Origin: an uncultured Chloroflexia bacterium
GTDB lineage: Bacteria > Chloroflexota > Limnocylindria > Limnocylindrales > CSP1-4
Length of the DNA stretch: 64,000 bases
Direction of reading: 5' to 3'
Assembly: GCA_963763775.1 (NCBI GenBank)
Contig: CAVXPZ010000001.1
Location: 1,440,001 to 1,504,000 of the forward strand
This document shows positions 39,695 to 48,837 of the stretch, piece by piece; the stretch's first letter is position 1, and every line of letters begins with the position of its first letter. The notes under the pieces were generated by a model that was given only the letters and a program-made list of their open reading frames with translations, ran no database searches and was not told the origin of the DNA. The position numbers were made by a program, and so were the translations under genes.

Positions 39695-40834
39695 TCAGGG
39701 ACGGTACTCGACCCCCTTGGACGACGGCGTCGACGGGCGGCGCGGCAGGGCCGTCCCGATGAACGGCCGGTAGGACGGATGGCCGGCGCGCCGGCACGCG
39801 TCCGCCAGCTCGTCGACCAGGCGCACGGGCAACGTCGGGTCCGCGAAGATCGCGGTGCCCACCTGGACCGCCACCGCTCCGACCGCCAGGAAGTCCAGGA
39901 CGTCGGCGAGGTCGGTGACGCCGCCGATCGCGACCACCGGGATCTTCACCGCCTGCGCCGCCTCGTAGACGATCCGGAGCGCGACGGGCTTGACCGCCGG
40001 CCCCGACAGCCCGCCGTAGACGTTGCCGAGCAGCGGTCGGGCGCGGTCCGGCGCCACCGCGATCCCGGAGAGCGTGTTGATGGCCGTGAGGGCGTCCGCG
40101 CCGGCGTCCGCGATGGCCCGCGCGATCGGCCGGATGTCGGCGACATTCGGGGACAGCTTGACGAGGAGCGGCAGATCGGTGGCGCGGCGGACGGCCGCGG
40201 TGACCTCGCCGGCGGCGCCGGCATCGATGGCGAACTGGAGGCCGCCCTTCCCCACGTTCGGGCACGAGATGTTGAGCTCGATGCCGGCGATGCCCGGCAC
40301 GCCGTCGAGCCTCCGCGCCACCTCCACGTAGTCCTCGACGGACTCGCCGGCGACGTTGACGATCACCGGCACCCGCCAGCCGGTCCAGGTCTCGGCGTAC
40401 TTCTCGATGACCGCGTCCACCCCGGGGTTCTGGAGCCCGATCGAGTTGAGCATGCCGCCGGGGGTCTCGGTGACCCTGGGCGTGGGGTTGCCGATCCGCG
40501 GCCGCAGCGTCGTGCCCTTGCAGCAGATGGCACCGAGCCGGTCGACCTCGACCACGTCGCCGTACTCCACGCCATACCCGAACGTGCCGGACGCGACGAG
40601 GATCGGGTTCGGCAGGACCAGGCCGCGACCGAGGTCGACGGTCAGGTCGACCGCGGCTCCGGCCGCCATGGGCTCGGGACGCGCTGGCGGCCTCGTCGTC
40701 GAGGGCGAGCCGGACGGTGCCGGTCGCGACGGCGTGGCCGGCGTGATCGCCCCCTGGGTGCGGCGCGGCGTCGGCGTCCGGTGGGACCCGGCCGGGCGAC
40801 CCGTGCTGGTCACGACCCGCCGCTTCGGCTTCAT
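39695..40834 (-). CDS. pyrD: Dihydroorotate dehydrogenase, family 1B catalytic subunit (alternative start 40669)
   Basis: NPILVASGTFG, GNPTPR, NSIGLQNPG, ELNISCPN, VKLSPN, INT, GGLSG, VQVGTA. Confidence 0.96.
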   Translation of the reverse strand: MKPKRRVVTSTGRPAGSHRTPTPRRTQGAITPATPSRPAPSGSPSTTRPPARPEPMAAGAAVDLTVDLGRGLVLPNPILVASGTFGYGVEYGDVVEVDRLGAICCKGTTLRPRIGNPTPRVTETPGGMLNSIGLQNPGVDAVIEKYAETWTGWRVPVIVNVAGESVEDYVEVARRLDGVPGIAGIELNISCPNVGKGGLQFAIDAGAAGEVTAAVRRATDLPLLVKLSPNVADIRPIARAIADAGADALTAINTLSGIAVAPDRARPLLGNVYGGLSGPAVKPVALRIVYEAAQAVKIPVVAIGGVTDLADVLDFLAVGAVAVQVGTAIFADPTLPVRLVDELADACRRAGHPSYRPFIGTALPRRPSTPSSKGVEYRP

Positions 40835-41505
40835 CGGGTCGCTCGCCGCCAGGCGAAGGCCGTCAGGAAGACCCACGCGACGATCCCGATGATGAGGGCC
40901 CACTCGAGCGTCGGGACGATCCAGAACGCCCGCCGCTCGTCCGGTGCCGCCAGCCCGTCGCCCGTCAGGAGGCCCTCGGTCTGGAGCGAGACGAGGAAGC
41001 CGACGAACGCGACGACCGTGGCGGCCCCGATGGCCGCGAGCCAGCGCGGGAACCGCGGATCGGGATGGCGGACGAAGTCGATCGAGGCCAGCCCCACCAC
41101 GATCCACCCGAGGTTGAAGAACGTCAGCGCGACGAGGGCGTGCTTGTCGAGCTCGTTCATCGGGAAGATGCCGACCCCGGTGCCGGCGACGCCGGCGGCG
41201 ACGCCGAGGACCCCGTAGACGTACCGCAGTCGGCCGGTGCCGGTCACGGCGAGGCCGACCATGAAGACCGCGAACAGCAGCCCGCCGATGACCAGGCCGA
41301 GGTTGAAGACGGGCGCGAGCGCCGAGACGCCACGCTCCCCGAGCTCGCTGACCCAGTGGCTGAACGTGCTGTACGGCTCGCCCTCCGTGCCGCTGTACCG
41401 GAGCGCCGTGACCACCGAGCCGAGCGTGAGGATCGCGCCGCCGACGAGCCCGGCCCAGATCGCGGCGAGGTCAAGGGTCGTGCGCGGCGCACGCGTCAGC
41501 CCCAC
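40831..41505 (-). CDS. DUF998-family membrane protein
   Basis: YSTFSHWVSELG, FNLGL, GVGIFPM, HALVALTFF, LEW. Confidence 0.8.
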   Translation of the reverse strand: MGLTRAPRTTLDLAAIWAGLVGGAILTLGSVVTALRYSGTEGEPYSTFSHWVSELGERGVSALAPVFNLGLVIGGLLFAVFMVGLAVTGTGRLRYVYGVLGVAAGVAGTGVGIFPMNELDKHALVALTFFNLGWIVVGLASIDFVRHPDPRFPRWLAAIGAATVVAFVGFLVSLQTEGLLTGDGLAAPDERRAFWIVPTLEWALIIGIVAWVFLTAFAWRRATR

Positions 41506-42359
41506 GCGCCCTCCCAGACCAGTTCCTCGGCCGCGAAGACCGGCCCCTCGCGGCACACGCGCTGCGGGGTGCCCGTGACGCTCATCACGACGCAGCCCAG
41601 GCAGGCACCGACCGCGCAGCCCATGTTCTGCTCCATCGAGACCTGGAGGTAGGCCTTGCGACGGGCGGCGGGTGAGCCGATCGGGTCGCCCTTGCCGGCC
41701 CCGCGCTTGCGTCCCAGCTTCGCGACGCCGAGCCGGTCACGTCGACCGGCGGCCTGTCGGGCGAGCGCGGCGAGCATCGGTGCCGGGCCGCACGAGAACG
41801 CCTGGTCGGCCCATGCCTCGTAGTGCGGCACCAGCTCCGTCACGAAGCCGTGGTGGCCCAGCGATCCGTCATCGGTCGCGACGATGTACTCGACCTCGTC
41901 GGGGAGCAGGCTCGACGGATAGACCTCGCGCGCCGAGGCCGCCCCGAACAGCATCGTGACCTGGCGGCCGTCGCGGATCGCCTCATCGGCGAGCATCCGG
42001 ACGCCGGCCATGCCCAACCCGCCGGCGATCAGGAGCAGGTGCTGGCTGCGCGGATCGACCTCGAACGGCCGGCCGAGCGGCCCGAGCATGTCCACCGTGT
42101 CGCCGGGGCGCAGGCGCCGGAACCACTCGGTGCCACGCCCGATCACCCGGAAGTGGATCGTCACGATGCCGGTGGCGGCGTCGGTGGTGTTCAGCGAGAA
42201 CGGCCGGCGCAGCACCATCCCGGAGAAGTCGCCGGCCCGGACGTGGACGAACTGGCCGGCTCTCGAACCGGTCGCGATCTCCGGGGCATGGAACGCCTGG
42301 AGCCACTGGCCCGGCAGGATCTCCCGACTCTCGACCAGCTCCGCCGCCGCGAGGCGCAT
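41496..42359 (-). CDS. pyrK: Dihydroorotate dehydrogenase electron transfer subunit
   Basis: AGQFV, LRRPFS, GPLGRPF, AGGLG, TDDGS, CGPAPM, MEQNMGCAVGACLGC...VCREGPVF. Confidence 0.95.
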   Translation of the reverse strand: MRLAAAELVESREILPGQWLQAFHAPEIATGSRAGQFVHVRAGDFSGMVLRRPFSLNTTDAATGIVTIHFRVIGRGTEWFRRLRPGDTVDMLGPLGRPFEVDPRSQHLLLIAGGLGMAGVRMLADEAIRDGRQVTMLFGAASAREVYPSSLLPDEVEYIVATDDGSLGHHGFVTELVPHYEAWADQAFSCGPAPMLAALARQAAGRRDRLGVAKLGRKRGAGKGDPIGSPAARRKAYLQVSMEQNMGCAVGACLGCVVMSVTGTPQRVCREGPVFAAEELVWEGAWG

Positions 42360-42361
42360 GC

Positions 42362-43240
42362 TCACGCGGTCGGCTCGCCCTCCGCCTCGTCGGCGGCCGC
42401 GTCGCGCGCGAGTTCCGGGGCCACGGTCGGGTACGCCTCGGCCAGCGAGTCCGCGAGGTCGCCGAAGACGTCGGTCGGGTCGTAGAACTCCACCAGCTCG
42501 TCGGCGCTCGTCAGGGTGCGCCACTCGCCGTCGGCATCCTCGGGGATGACCTCGGCGCGGAACGTGCCCTGGGCCGTGAGGCTCAGCCGCTCGTCGTCGT
42601 CGTCCACGATGATCAGCTCGCCGACGACGCCGCTCAGCCCGGTCGCGGCCGCCTCGAACTCCTCGAGGAGGCGCGCCTCGCTGCGCTGGCTCCGCTCCTG
42701 GTACTCGAGCGCGAGGTCGTAGAGGCGATGGGCGGCGGCCTCGTCGTCGTCCGCATCGAGTGGCACGGTCTGCCCGGCGGCCCACGAGTCGGCGGCGGCG
42801 GCGTACGGGTCCTCGCCGCCACTCAGGACCACGGTCTCCTCGGGCGCGATCCCGGCCGCGTCGAGGACGTCGCCCTCGGCGGTCGGCTCGGCCGTCATGC
42901 CGGCCGCCTCGCGGGCGGCTTCCGTGAACGCGGCGTAGATGTCAGCCGGGTTGTAGAGCTCGACGAGCTCGGACGCGTGCTCGATGACCTCGGTCTCGCT
43001 GACCCATTCGCCGGTCGCGTCGTCGAGGTAGCGGCTGCGGCTGCGGAACGTGAGGTCGGGCGCGATCGAGAGGTAGTCCGGCTCCTCGTCGATGAGGGTC
43101 AGGCCGCCGATGACCGCGATCCGCTCCTTGTGGCGGTCGAGGAACTTGCGCAGCTGTTCGGTCGCCTGGACCAGGGCGTCGGAACGTTCGAGCGCGGCAT
43201 CGGCCGCCAGCTCACCGAGCAGGTCGTTGTGGCCGTCCAT
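42362..43240 (-). CDS. Acidic hypothetical protein with an internally duplicated domain
   Basis: GC-biased ORF; its two halves share G.L...D....LS.....TFR...D..GEW....A.ELVE.Y.P.D. Confidence 0.8.
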   Translation of the reverse strand: MDGHNDLLGELAADAALERSDALVQATEQLRKFLDRHKERIAVIGGLTLIDEEPDYLSIAPDLTFRSRSRYLDDATGEWVSETEVIEHASELVELYNPADIYAAFTEAAREAAGMTAEPTAEGDVLDAAGIAPEETVVLSGGEDPYAAAADSWAAGQTVPLDADDDEAAAHRLYDLALEYQERSQRSEARLLEEFEAAATGLSGVVGELIIVDDDDERLSLTAQGTFRAEVIPEDADGEWRTLTSADELVEFYDPTDVFGDLADSLAEAYPTVAPELARDAAADEAEGEPTA

Positions 43241-43312
43241 GGTCGTTCTCCCGTTCGGCTCGTCGCCTTGTGGTCGTGCGTCGCGTCGCATGCTCATCGG
43301 ATGCTCCTTGGG

Positions 43313-43639
43313 TCAGGGATGGTATTCGAGGTCGGGTCCCATCCGTTCACGCAGGAACATCGAGTGATGGCGCTCGAAGATCCATTCGCCGGCCCGATGG
43401 CCGAGCGCGCGCGTGGCTTCGTCCTTTTCCAGCTTGTCGAGGGTGGCGTAGTCCGGCAGGTCGAGCAGGATCACGTTGTCGAAGTCCCAGCCGTGCGCGA
43501 CGTTGTACCAGCCGATGAACTTGATGCCGAACCGCTCCTCGTAGTCCTTCACCTGCTTGGGGAAGATCGTGCGCATGAAGAACTTGAAGAACGGGTCGCG
43601 GCCGCGGCGGACGGAGAAGTAGGTCGCGAGCACGGGCAC
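43313..43639 (-). CDS. Small alpha/beta protein (GYD/NIPSNAP-like ferredoxin fold possible)
   Basis: SD GAGGAGGA then GTG; FGIKFIGWYNVAHGWDFDNVILLDLPDYATL. Confidence 0.75.
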   Translation of the reverse strand: MPVLATYFSVRRGRDPFFKFFMRTIFPKQVKDYEERFGIKFIGWYNVAHGWDFDNVILLDLPDYATLDKLEKDEATRALGHRAGEWIFERHHSMFLRERMGPDLEYHP

Positions 43640-43706
43640 GGCGGGCGATCCTCCTCGGCGAACGATCCGGGCGAACGGTCCGGGCCGGCTCGCGCCGTCC
43701 CGAGGC

Positions 43707-44198
43707 CTATTGTCGCACGGGGCCCCCATCGTCCGAGTCCGGGACCGCATCGGGTACCGCTCCTCCCGTGGCCGGCGCCTCCGCATCGGCCGCCTCTCCG
43801 GTGCGGGCCTCGTCCTCGAGCTCGCCGACGGTCCGGGTCTCGCTCGCGAGCGGTCGGCGTCGTCCGCGGCGGTCGGCGGACACGAGCCGGAGCAGGAAGA
43901 TGATCGTCTGCCCGGTCAGGAGGAGCAGCAGGATCACGGCGAACAGCAGGGCGGCGCTCGTCCACGCCGGCCACTCCCAGACGACGCTGAGCGGCGTGAG
44001 GATGATGAACACGACGAGGACGACGAGCTGGAACCGGAAGCAGCCGAGGCCGGGACCGCGCTCGGCGGCCAGCTCCTCGCCCTTGTACTGGACGGGTCCG
44101 GTCGGGCGGGGCCGGCGCGGCGGGGTCGGGTCGGCGGCGGGGTCCGGGGCGTCGGTGGGCGACGGGTCGGTCGACCCGGTCGGCGGTACGTCGGTCAC
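43707..44198 (-). CDS. Hypothetical two-TM protein
   Basis: RGPGLGCFRFQLVVLVVFIIL...LLLLTGQTIIFLLRLV. Confidence 0.65.
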   Translation of the reverse strand: MTDVPPTGSTDPSPTDAPDPAADPTPPRRPRPTGPVQYKGEELAAERGPGLGCFRFQLVVLVVFIILTPLSVVWEWPAWTSAALLFAVILLLLLTGQTIIFLLRLVSADRRGRRRPLASETRTVGELEDEARTGEAADAEAPATGGAVPDAVPDSDDGGPVRQ

Positions 44199-44247
44199 GA
44201 GGGGCAACGATACGGGAGCGCCGCCGGATCCGCCTGTCGCGTGTCGC

Positions 44248-44760
44248 CTACTCGGCGGCTCGCGGCTCCGTCGCCAGGCCCTCCACCACTTCGACGTTGG
44301 GCAGCGCCCGCAGGATCGCGGGCGTCGAGACCACCTTCCACGACCGCGACCCGCCGCCCAGCACGATGCGATCCCGCGCCATGACCCGCGAATCGACCCA
44401 GACGGGAAGGTCCGGCGGCAGGCCGAAGACGGTGACGCCGCCCATCTGCATGCCCGTGAGCGCGGCCGTGTCGTCGGCCGGGGCGAACGACGCCTTCCGC
44501 GTCCCGAGCCGGTCACGGACGACCCGGTTCACGTCGAGCCGGAACGGGGCGAGCGTCACGCACGCGGCGTATCGCGGCGGATCGGCCTTGCCGATCACGA
44601 CGATCGTGTTGGCCGAGTCCATCGGATCGAACCCGTACGCCTCGCAGAAGGCCGCCGTGTCGGCGAGGGCCGGATCGCACGGGAAGAGCTCGTACGGCAC
44701 GCCCAACGGGCGAGCGCCGCACTCCAGGCGGGCGCGACCGGCCGCATCGTGATCGTCCAT
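44248..44760 (-). CDS. YbaK/ProX-family aminoacyl-tRNA editing protein
   Basis: CDPALADTAAFC...SANTIVV...RKASFA...TGMQMGGVTVFG...GGGSRSWK. Confidence 0.88.
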   Translation of the reverse strand: MDDHDAAGRARLECGARPLGVPYELFPCDPALADTAAFCEAYGFDPMDSANTIVVIGKADPPRYAACVTLAPFRLDVNRVVRDRLGTRKASFAPADDTAALTGMQMGGVTVFGLPPDLPVWVDSRVMARDRIVLGGGSRSWKVVSTPAILRALPNVEVVEGLATEPRAAE

Positions 44761-44793
44761 GGCGCGAAGGGTAGCCGCTACCATCGAGCGGCG

Positions 44794-46418
44794 ATGACCG
44801 ACCGGCCGCCCATCCAGCACCCGACCGTCCCGCCCGACATCGACGCCTACCTCACGAGGTTCGACTGGCACCCCGAACCCGAGCTGGTCGGCTATCGCGA
44901 GGAGGCGAGCGTCCCGCGAGTCCATGCATCGGCTCGGCGAGGCCACCTGGGCGGCGGCGCTGGACTTCCTGTACGAGCGGGCCACGGATCGGGCGATGGG
45001 CGACGCGGCGTCGTACGACGACCTTCGCCGGTCGTACTTCGGGCCGACCGGGGTCGCCGTCCACCGCCCCCGACGCTCCGACGCCCTCGGCCGACATCCT
45101 CGCGGAGTTCCGCGACCGGATCGCCGGCGGCCAGATGGCGGCGCAGCATCCGCGCCAGTTCGGCTACTTCACCCCGCCCCCGCTCCCGATGTCGATCATG
45201 GGCGAGCTGCTCGCCCAGATGACGAACCAGGGGGTCGACGTCTGGCATGCCGGCCCGGTCGCTGCCTTCGTCGAGGAGGAGGTCGTCCGCTGGCTGTGCG
45301 ACCTCATCGGCTTCGGTCCGGGCTCGTTCGGCCTGCTGACCTCGGGTGGCGTGATGGCCAACTTCATGGGCATGGCGATCGCCCGCGACCTCCATCTCGG
45401 GCGTCGGCGCGGGCTGGACCAGCCGCCGCGCGGCCGCGACCTCGAGGGGGCGCGTGTCTATGCCAGCGACCAGACGCATTTCTCCGTCGCGCGGGCCCTC
45501 GACCTCCTCGGCTTCCCGGCCGAGACCCTCGTCGTCGTCCCGTCGGATGCGGACTTCCGGCTCCGGGGCGACGCCGTCGCGCGGGCCGTGGAGCGTGACG
45601 AGGCCGCCGGTCTGACGCCGTTCGCGATCTCGGCCGTGGCCGGGTCGACGAACACGGGATCGGTCGACGCCGTGGGGGAACTGGCGGACGTCGCCGCGGC
45701 GAACGACCTGTGGCTCCACGTCGACGCGGCCTACGGCGGTGGCGCGAGGCTGTCGCGTCGCGACGCGAGCCGGGTGCCGGACCTCGAGCGCGCCGACTCG
45801 GTCACCGTGGACCCGCACAAGTGGTTCTTCCAGGCCTACGACATCGGCGGCCTGCTCGTCCGGGACGGCGATCACCTCGCGGCCACCTTCGGTGGACGGA
45901 GCCCGGAGTACTACCGGGGCGGCGAGTCGACCCCGGGCCATCACGCGGCCGACGATCACGACGCGCCGGCCCACGGCGACCAGCTGAACTTCTACCAGCT
46001 GGGTTTCGAGGGCACCCGTCGATGGCGCGCGCTCAAGCTCTGGATGTCGTGGAAGCACCTGGGCACCACCGGCTTCGGGCGCCTCATCGACGCCAACGAC
46101 GACCTGGCGGCCCACCTGGCACGGCGCTGCGCCGAGGCCGACGACTTCGAGGCCGTGCCGGCCGAGCCGACCCTGTCGGTCGTTTGCTTCCGCCACCTCC
46201 CCGGGGGGCGTGCAGCCGCACTCGCCATGCCTGCGGGCGACCTGGATGCCCACCAGGACCGACTCCAACGCGCGCTCGAGGTGTCCGGCGATGGGTGGCT
46301 GACGACGACACGCTTGCGCGGAGCGACCTACCTGCGGGCCGGGATCGTGAACTACCTCTCGACCGAGGACGACATCGACCGCCTGCTCGACACGCTTCGG
46401 CGGCTCGCGACGTCGTGA
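44794..46418 (+). CDS. Group II PLP-dependent amino acid decarboxylase (frameshifts near 44910 and 45052)
   Basis: HPRQFGYF, TSGGVMAN, QTHFSV, AGSTNTGSVD, WLHVDAAYGG, DPHKW, RALKLW. Confidence 0.9.
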
Positions 46419-46421
46419 GGC

Positions 46422-46829
46422 TCAGCGCCGAGCGTGAAGCAGGACGCCAACGTGCTCCAGGAGCTTCCACGCGACCTCTGCGTCACCCTGGACGAACGCC
46501 CGGAAGTCCGTGAGCATCATGACGAGGCAGCGGAGGTCGGTCGCGGCCGTGACCGTGGCCGTGCGGACGCGGTCCCCGATGAGCGCGACCTCGCCGAAGT
46601 AGCTCCCGGGCCCGAGCCGCGCCTGCTCCACGCCGGCGATCGTGACGACCGCCTCGCCGTCCGCGACGATGAAGAACCCCATCGCGTGATCCTCGCCCTC
46701 GCGGATCACGGTCGCGCCGGCGGCGAAGTCGCGCTCGCGGAAGTCCCGGGCCAGGCGGGTCAGTTGCCCGCGATCGAACCCGGAGAACAGCGGCACCGTC
46801 GCCAGGACATCCGCGATGGCATCCGTCAT
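46422..46829 (-). CDS. Stand-alone cyclic nucleotide-binding domain protein
   Basis: VPLFSG...IREGE...LGPGSYFGEVALI...RTATVTA. Confidence 0.9.
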   Translation of the reverse strand: MTDAIADVLATVPLFSGFDRGQLTRLARDFRERDFAAGATVIREGEDHAMGFFIVADGEAVVTIAGVEQARLGPGSYFGEVALIGDRVRTATVTAATDLRCLVMMLTDFRAFVQGDAEVAWKLLEHVGVLLHARR

Positions 46830-46945
46830 GGGATCTCGCTCCTTGTCTGGTACCCGACGTCGACGCCGGCTGACGGTCGGCACCCCGTCATGAGGCGCCG
46901 GTCGATGGGGATGACCGCGTGATCACGGTTCGGTCCGCGATGGTG

Positions 46946-48034
46946 TCACCGATCGCCCGTCGCTGACAAGGCGTCGGGGCGTGCGGTGGTGCTGTCGATC
47001 CGGACCGTCCGACCGTCCGCGGCCGCCTCCTCGGTCGCGAGGAGCACGTCGAGGACGTGGTAGGCGAAGGCGGCCGACGCACGTGCCGGCCGGTCATCGC
47101 GGATCGCCTCGATCATGTCGGCCAGGCCGATGCCACGACCGATGCTCCCGTCGAACCGGAGCGGGACGTCGGTCCACTCGCCGTCGATCGAGTGGCGACG
47201 GACGTGGCCGTCGAACCGATTCGGGTCGCCCAGCTCCAGCGAGCCGGCCGTCCCATGGATCTCGAGGTGCGGGGACGTGCTCGCGGCGACGTCGAACGAC
47301 GCCTGGAGCCCGCCGACCGCGCCCGACGCGAAGGTGTAGGCGGCGATCACCGTCGTGGGCGCGACGACCGGGAAGCCATCACCCGCACGCGGGCCCGTGG
47401 CGATGCGACGCTCCCCGCCGGCGCCGCGCGCGACCGCCGCGACGCTGGTGATCGGCCCGAGCAGGCTGACCAGCGCCGCGACGTAGTACGGCCCCACGTC
47501 CAGGAGCGGGCCACCGCCGCGCGCGTAGAAGAACGCCGGGTTGGGGTGCCAGCGCTCGGGGCCGAGGTGGAGCACCGCGGCGCTCGCGCCCGTCGGCTCG
47601 CCGATCGCGCCCTCGTCGAGGAGCGCTCGCGCCGTCTGGAGCCCGCCACCGAGGAACGTGTCCGGTGCCCCGCCGACCCGGACGCCCGCTGCGTCCGCCG
47701 CGGCCAGGATCGCCAGCGCGTCGTCGCGGGACGTCGCGAACGGCTTCTCGGTGTACACGTGCTTGCCGGCCTCGATCGCGCCGAGGGTGACCACCGCGTG
47801 CGCGATCGGCGGCGTCAGGTTGAGCACGACCTCGATGGACGGGTCGGCGAGCAACGCGTCGACGGGCATCGCCGGGAAGCCGCCCTTGGCGGACAACGCG
47901 GCGGCACGCCCCGCGTCGAGGTCCGCGCACGCGACCAGTTCGATGGCGGGGAACCGCGCCGTCCCGGGGAGATACAGGCCGGTGACGTCGCCGCAGCCGA
48001 CGATCCCGACGCGTGCGGGCCGCACCGCGGTCAC
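46946..48034 (-). CDS. Gfo/Idh/MocA-family oxidoreductase
   Basis: VGIVGCG, NLTPP, GKHVYTEKP, APDTFLG, WHPNP, GGPLLDVGPYY. Confidence 0.93.
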   Translation of the reverse strand: MTAVRPARVGIVGCGDVTGLYLPGTARFPAIELVACADLDAGRAAALSAKGGFPAMPVDALLADPSIEVVLNLTPPIAHAVVTLGAIEAGKHVYTEKPFATSRDDALAILAAADAAGVRVGGAPDTFLGGGLQTARALLDEGAIGEPTGASAAVLHLGPERWHPNPAFFYARGGGPLLDVGPYYVAALVSLLGPITSVAAVARGAGGERRIATGPRAGDGFPVVAPTTVIAAYTFASGAVGGLQASFDVAASTSPHLEIHGTAGSLELGDPNRFDGHVRRHSIDGEWTDVPLRFDGSIGRGIGLADMIEAIRDDRPARASAAFAYHVLDVLLATEEAAADGRTVRIDSTTARPDALSATGDR

Positions 48035-48836
48035 GTGGCGCGACCTCGGGCGAGCCCGCGGGCGACCAGGTTGTCGTGGCTCTGCCGGGCGGCCGCCATC
48101 GGCGACCCGTCCACGTGATCGAATTCGACGATCAGCCACGCGATGCCGGGGAGGGCCTCGGCGGCGGCCACGGCCCCCGCCACGTCGACCACCCCGTCGC
48201 CGACCGGCACGTTCACGAACGCCTCGGCGCCGTACGCCCTGGTCGGCAGGACGACCCCGTCCTTGACGTGGAGCGAGACGAGCCGGTCGCCGAGCTCGGC
48301 GATCACCCGGGCCGGATCGGCACCGCCGACCGTGACCCAGAAGATGTCCAGCTGCAGGGCGACGGCCGGGTCGAGCCGGTCGAGCATCCGGCGGTACGCG
48401 GGGACCCCGTCGACCGGACGCATCTCGGCGTCATGGTTGTGGTGGGCCACGCGCAGCCCATGCTTCGCCGCGATCCGCGCGGCGGCGTTGAGCCGGTCCG
48501 CGTAGGCCTCCGTCGATGCCGCCGTCGCGAAGTCGTTCGCCGAGACGATGATCGACCGCGACCCCGAGCTCGGCCGCGGCGGCGGCGGCTCGGTCGAACG
48601 CGTCAGCGTCGCCGATGCTGGCCCAGGTGTGGGCGCTGGTCGCCGTCAGCCCGGCGTTCGCGAGCGCCCGCTCGCGCGGCCACCGGGTCCCCGCCGGGCA
48701 CGTCCACGGTCTCGACGCCGGCGTAGCCGATCGCCGCGATCGCCTCGAGCCCTTCGGGGTCGAGACCCAGGCCGGCGCCGCCGAACCGCGCGGGATCGCG
48801 GAACGTGTAGAGCTGGACGGCGAGGGGTTTGGGCAT
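48031..48836 (-). CDS. Sugar phosphate isomerase/epimerase (IolE/AP2Ec TIM barrel); frameshifts near 48550-48680
   Basis: AVQLYTFRD, GYAGVE, HHNHDAE, QLDIFW, LHVKD, PVGDG, IVEFD. Confidence 0.85.
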
Positions 48837-48837
48837 G

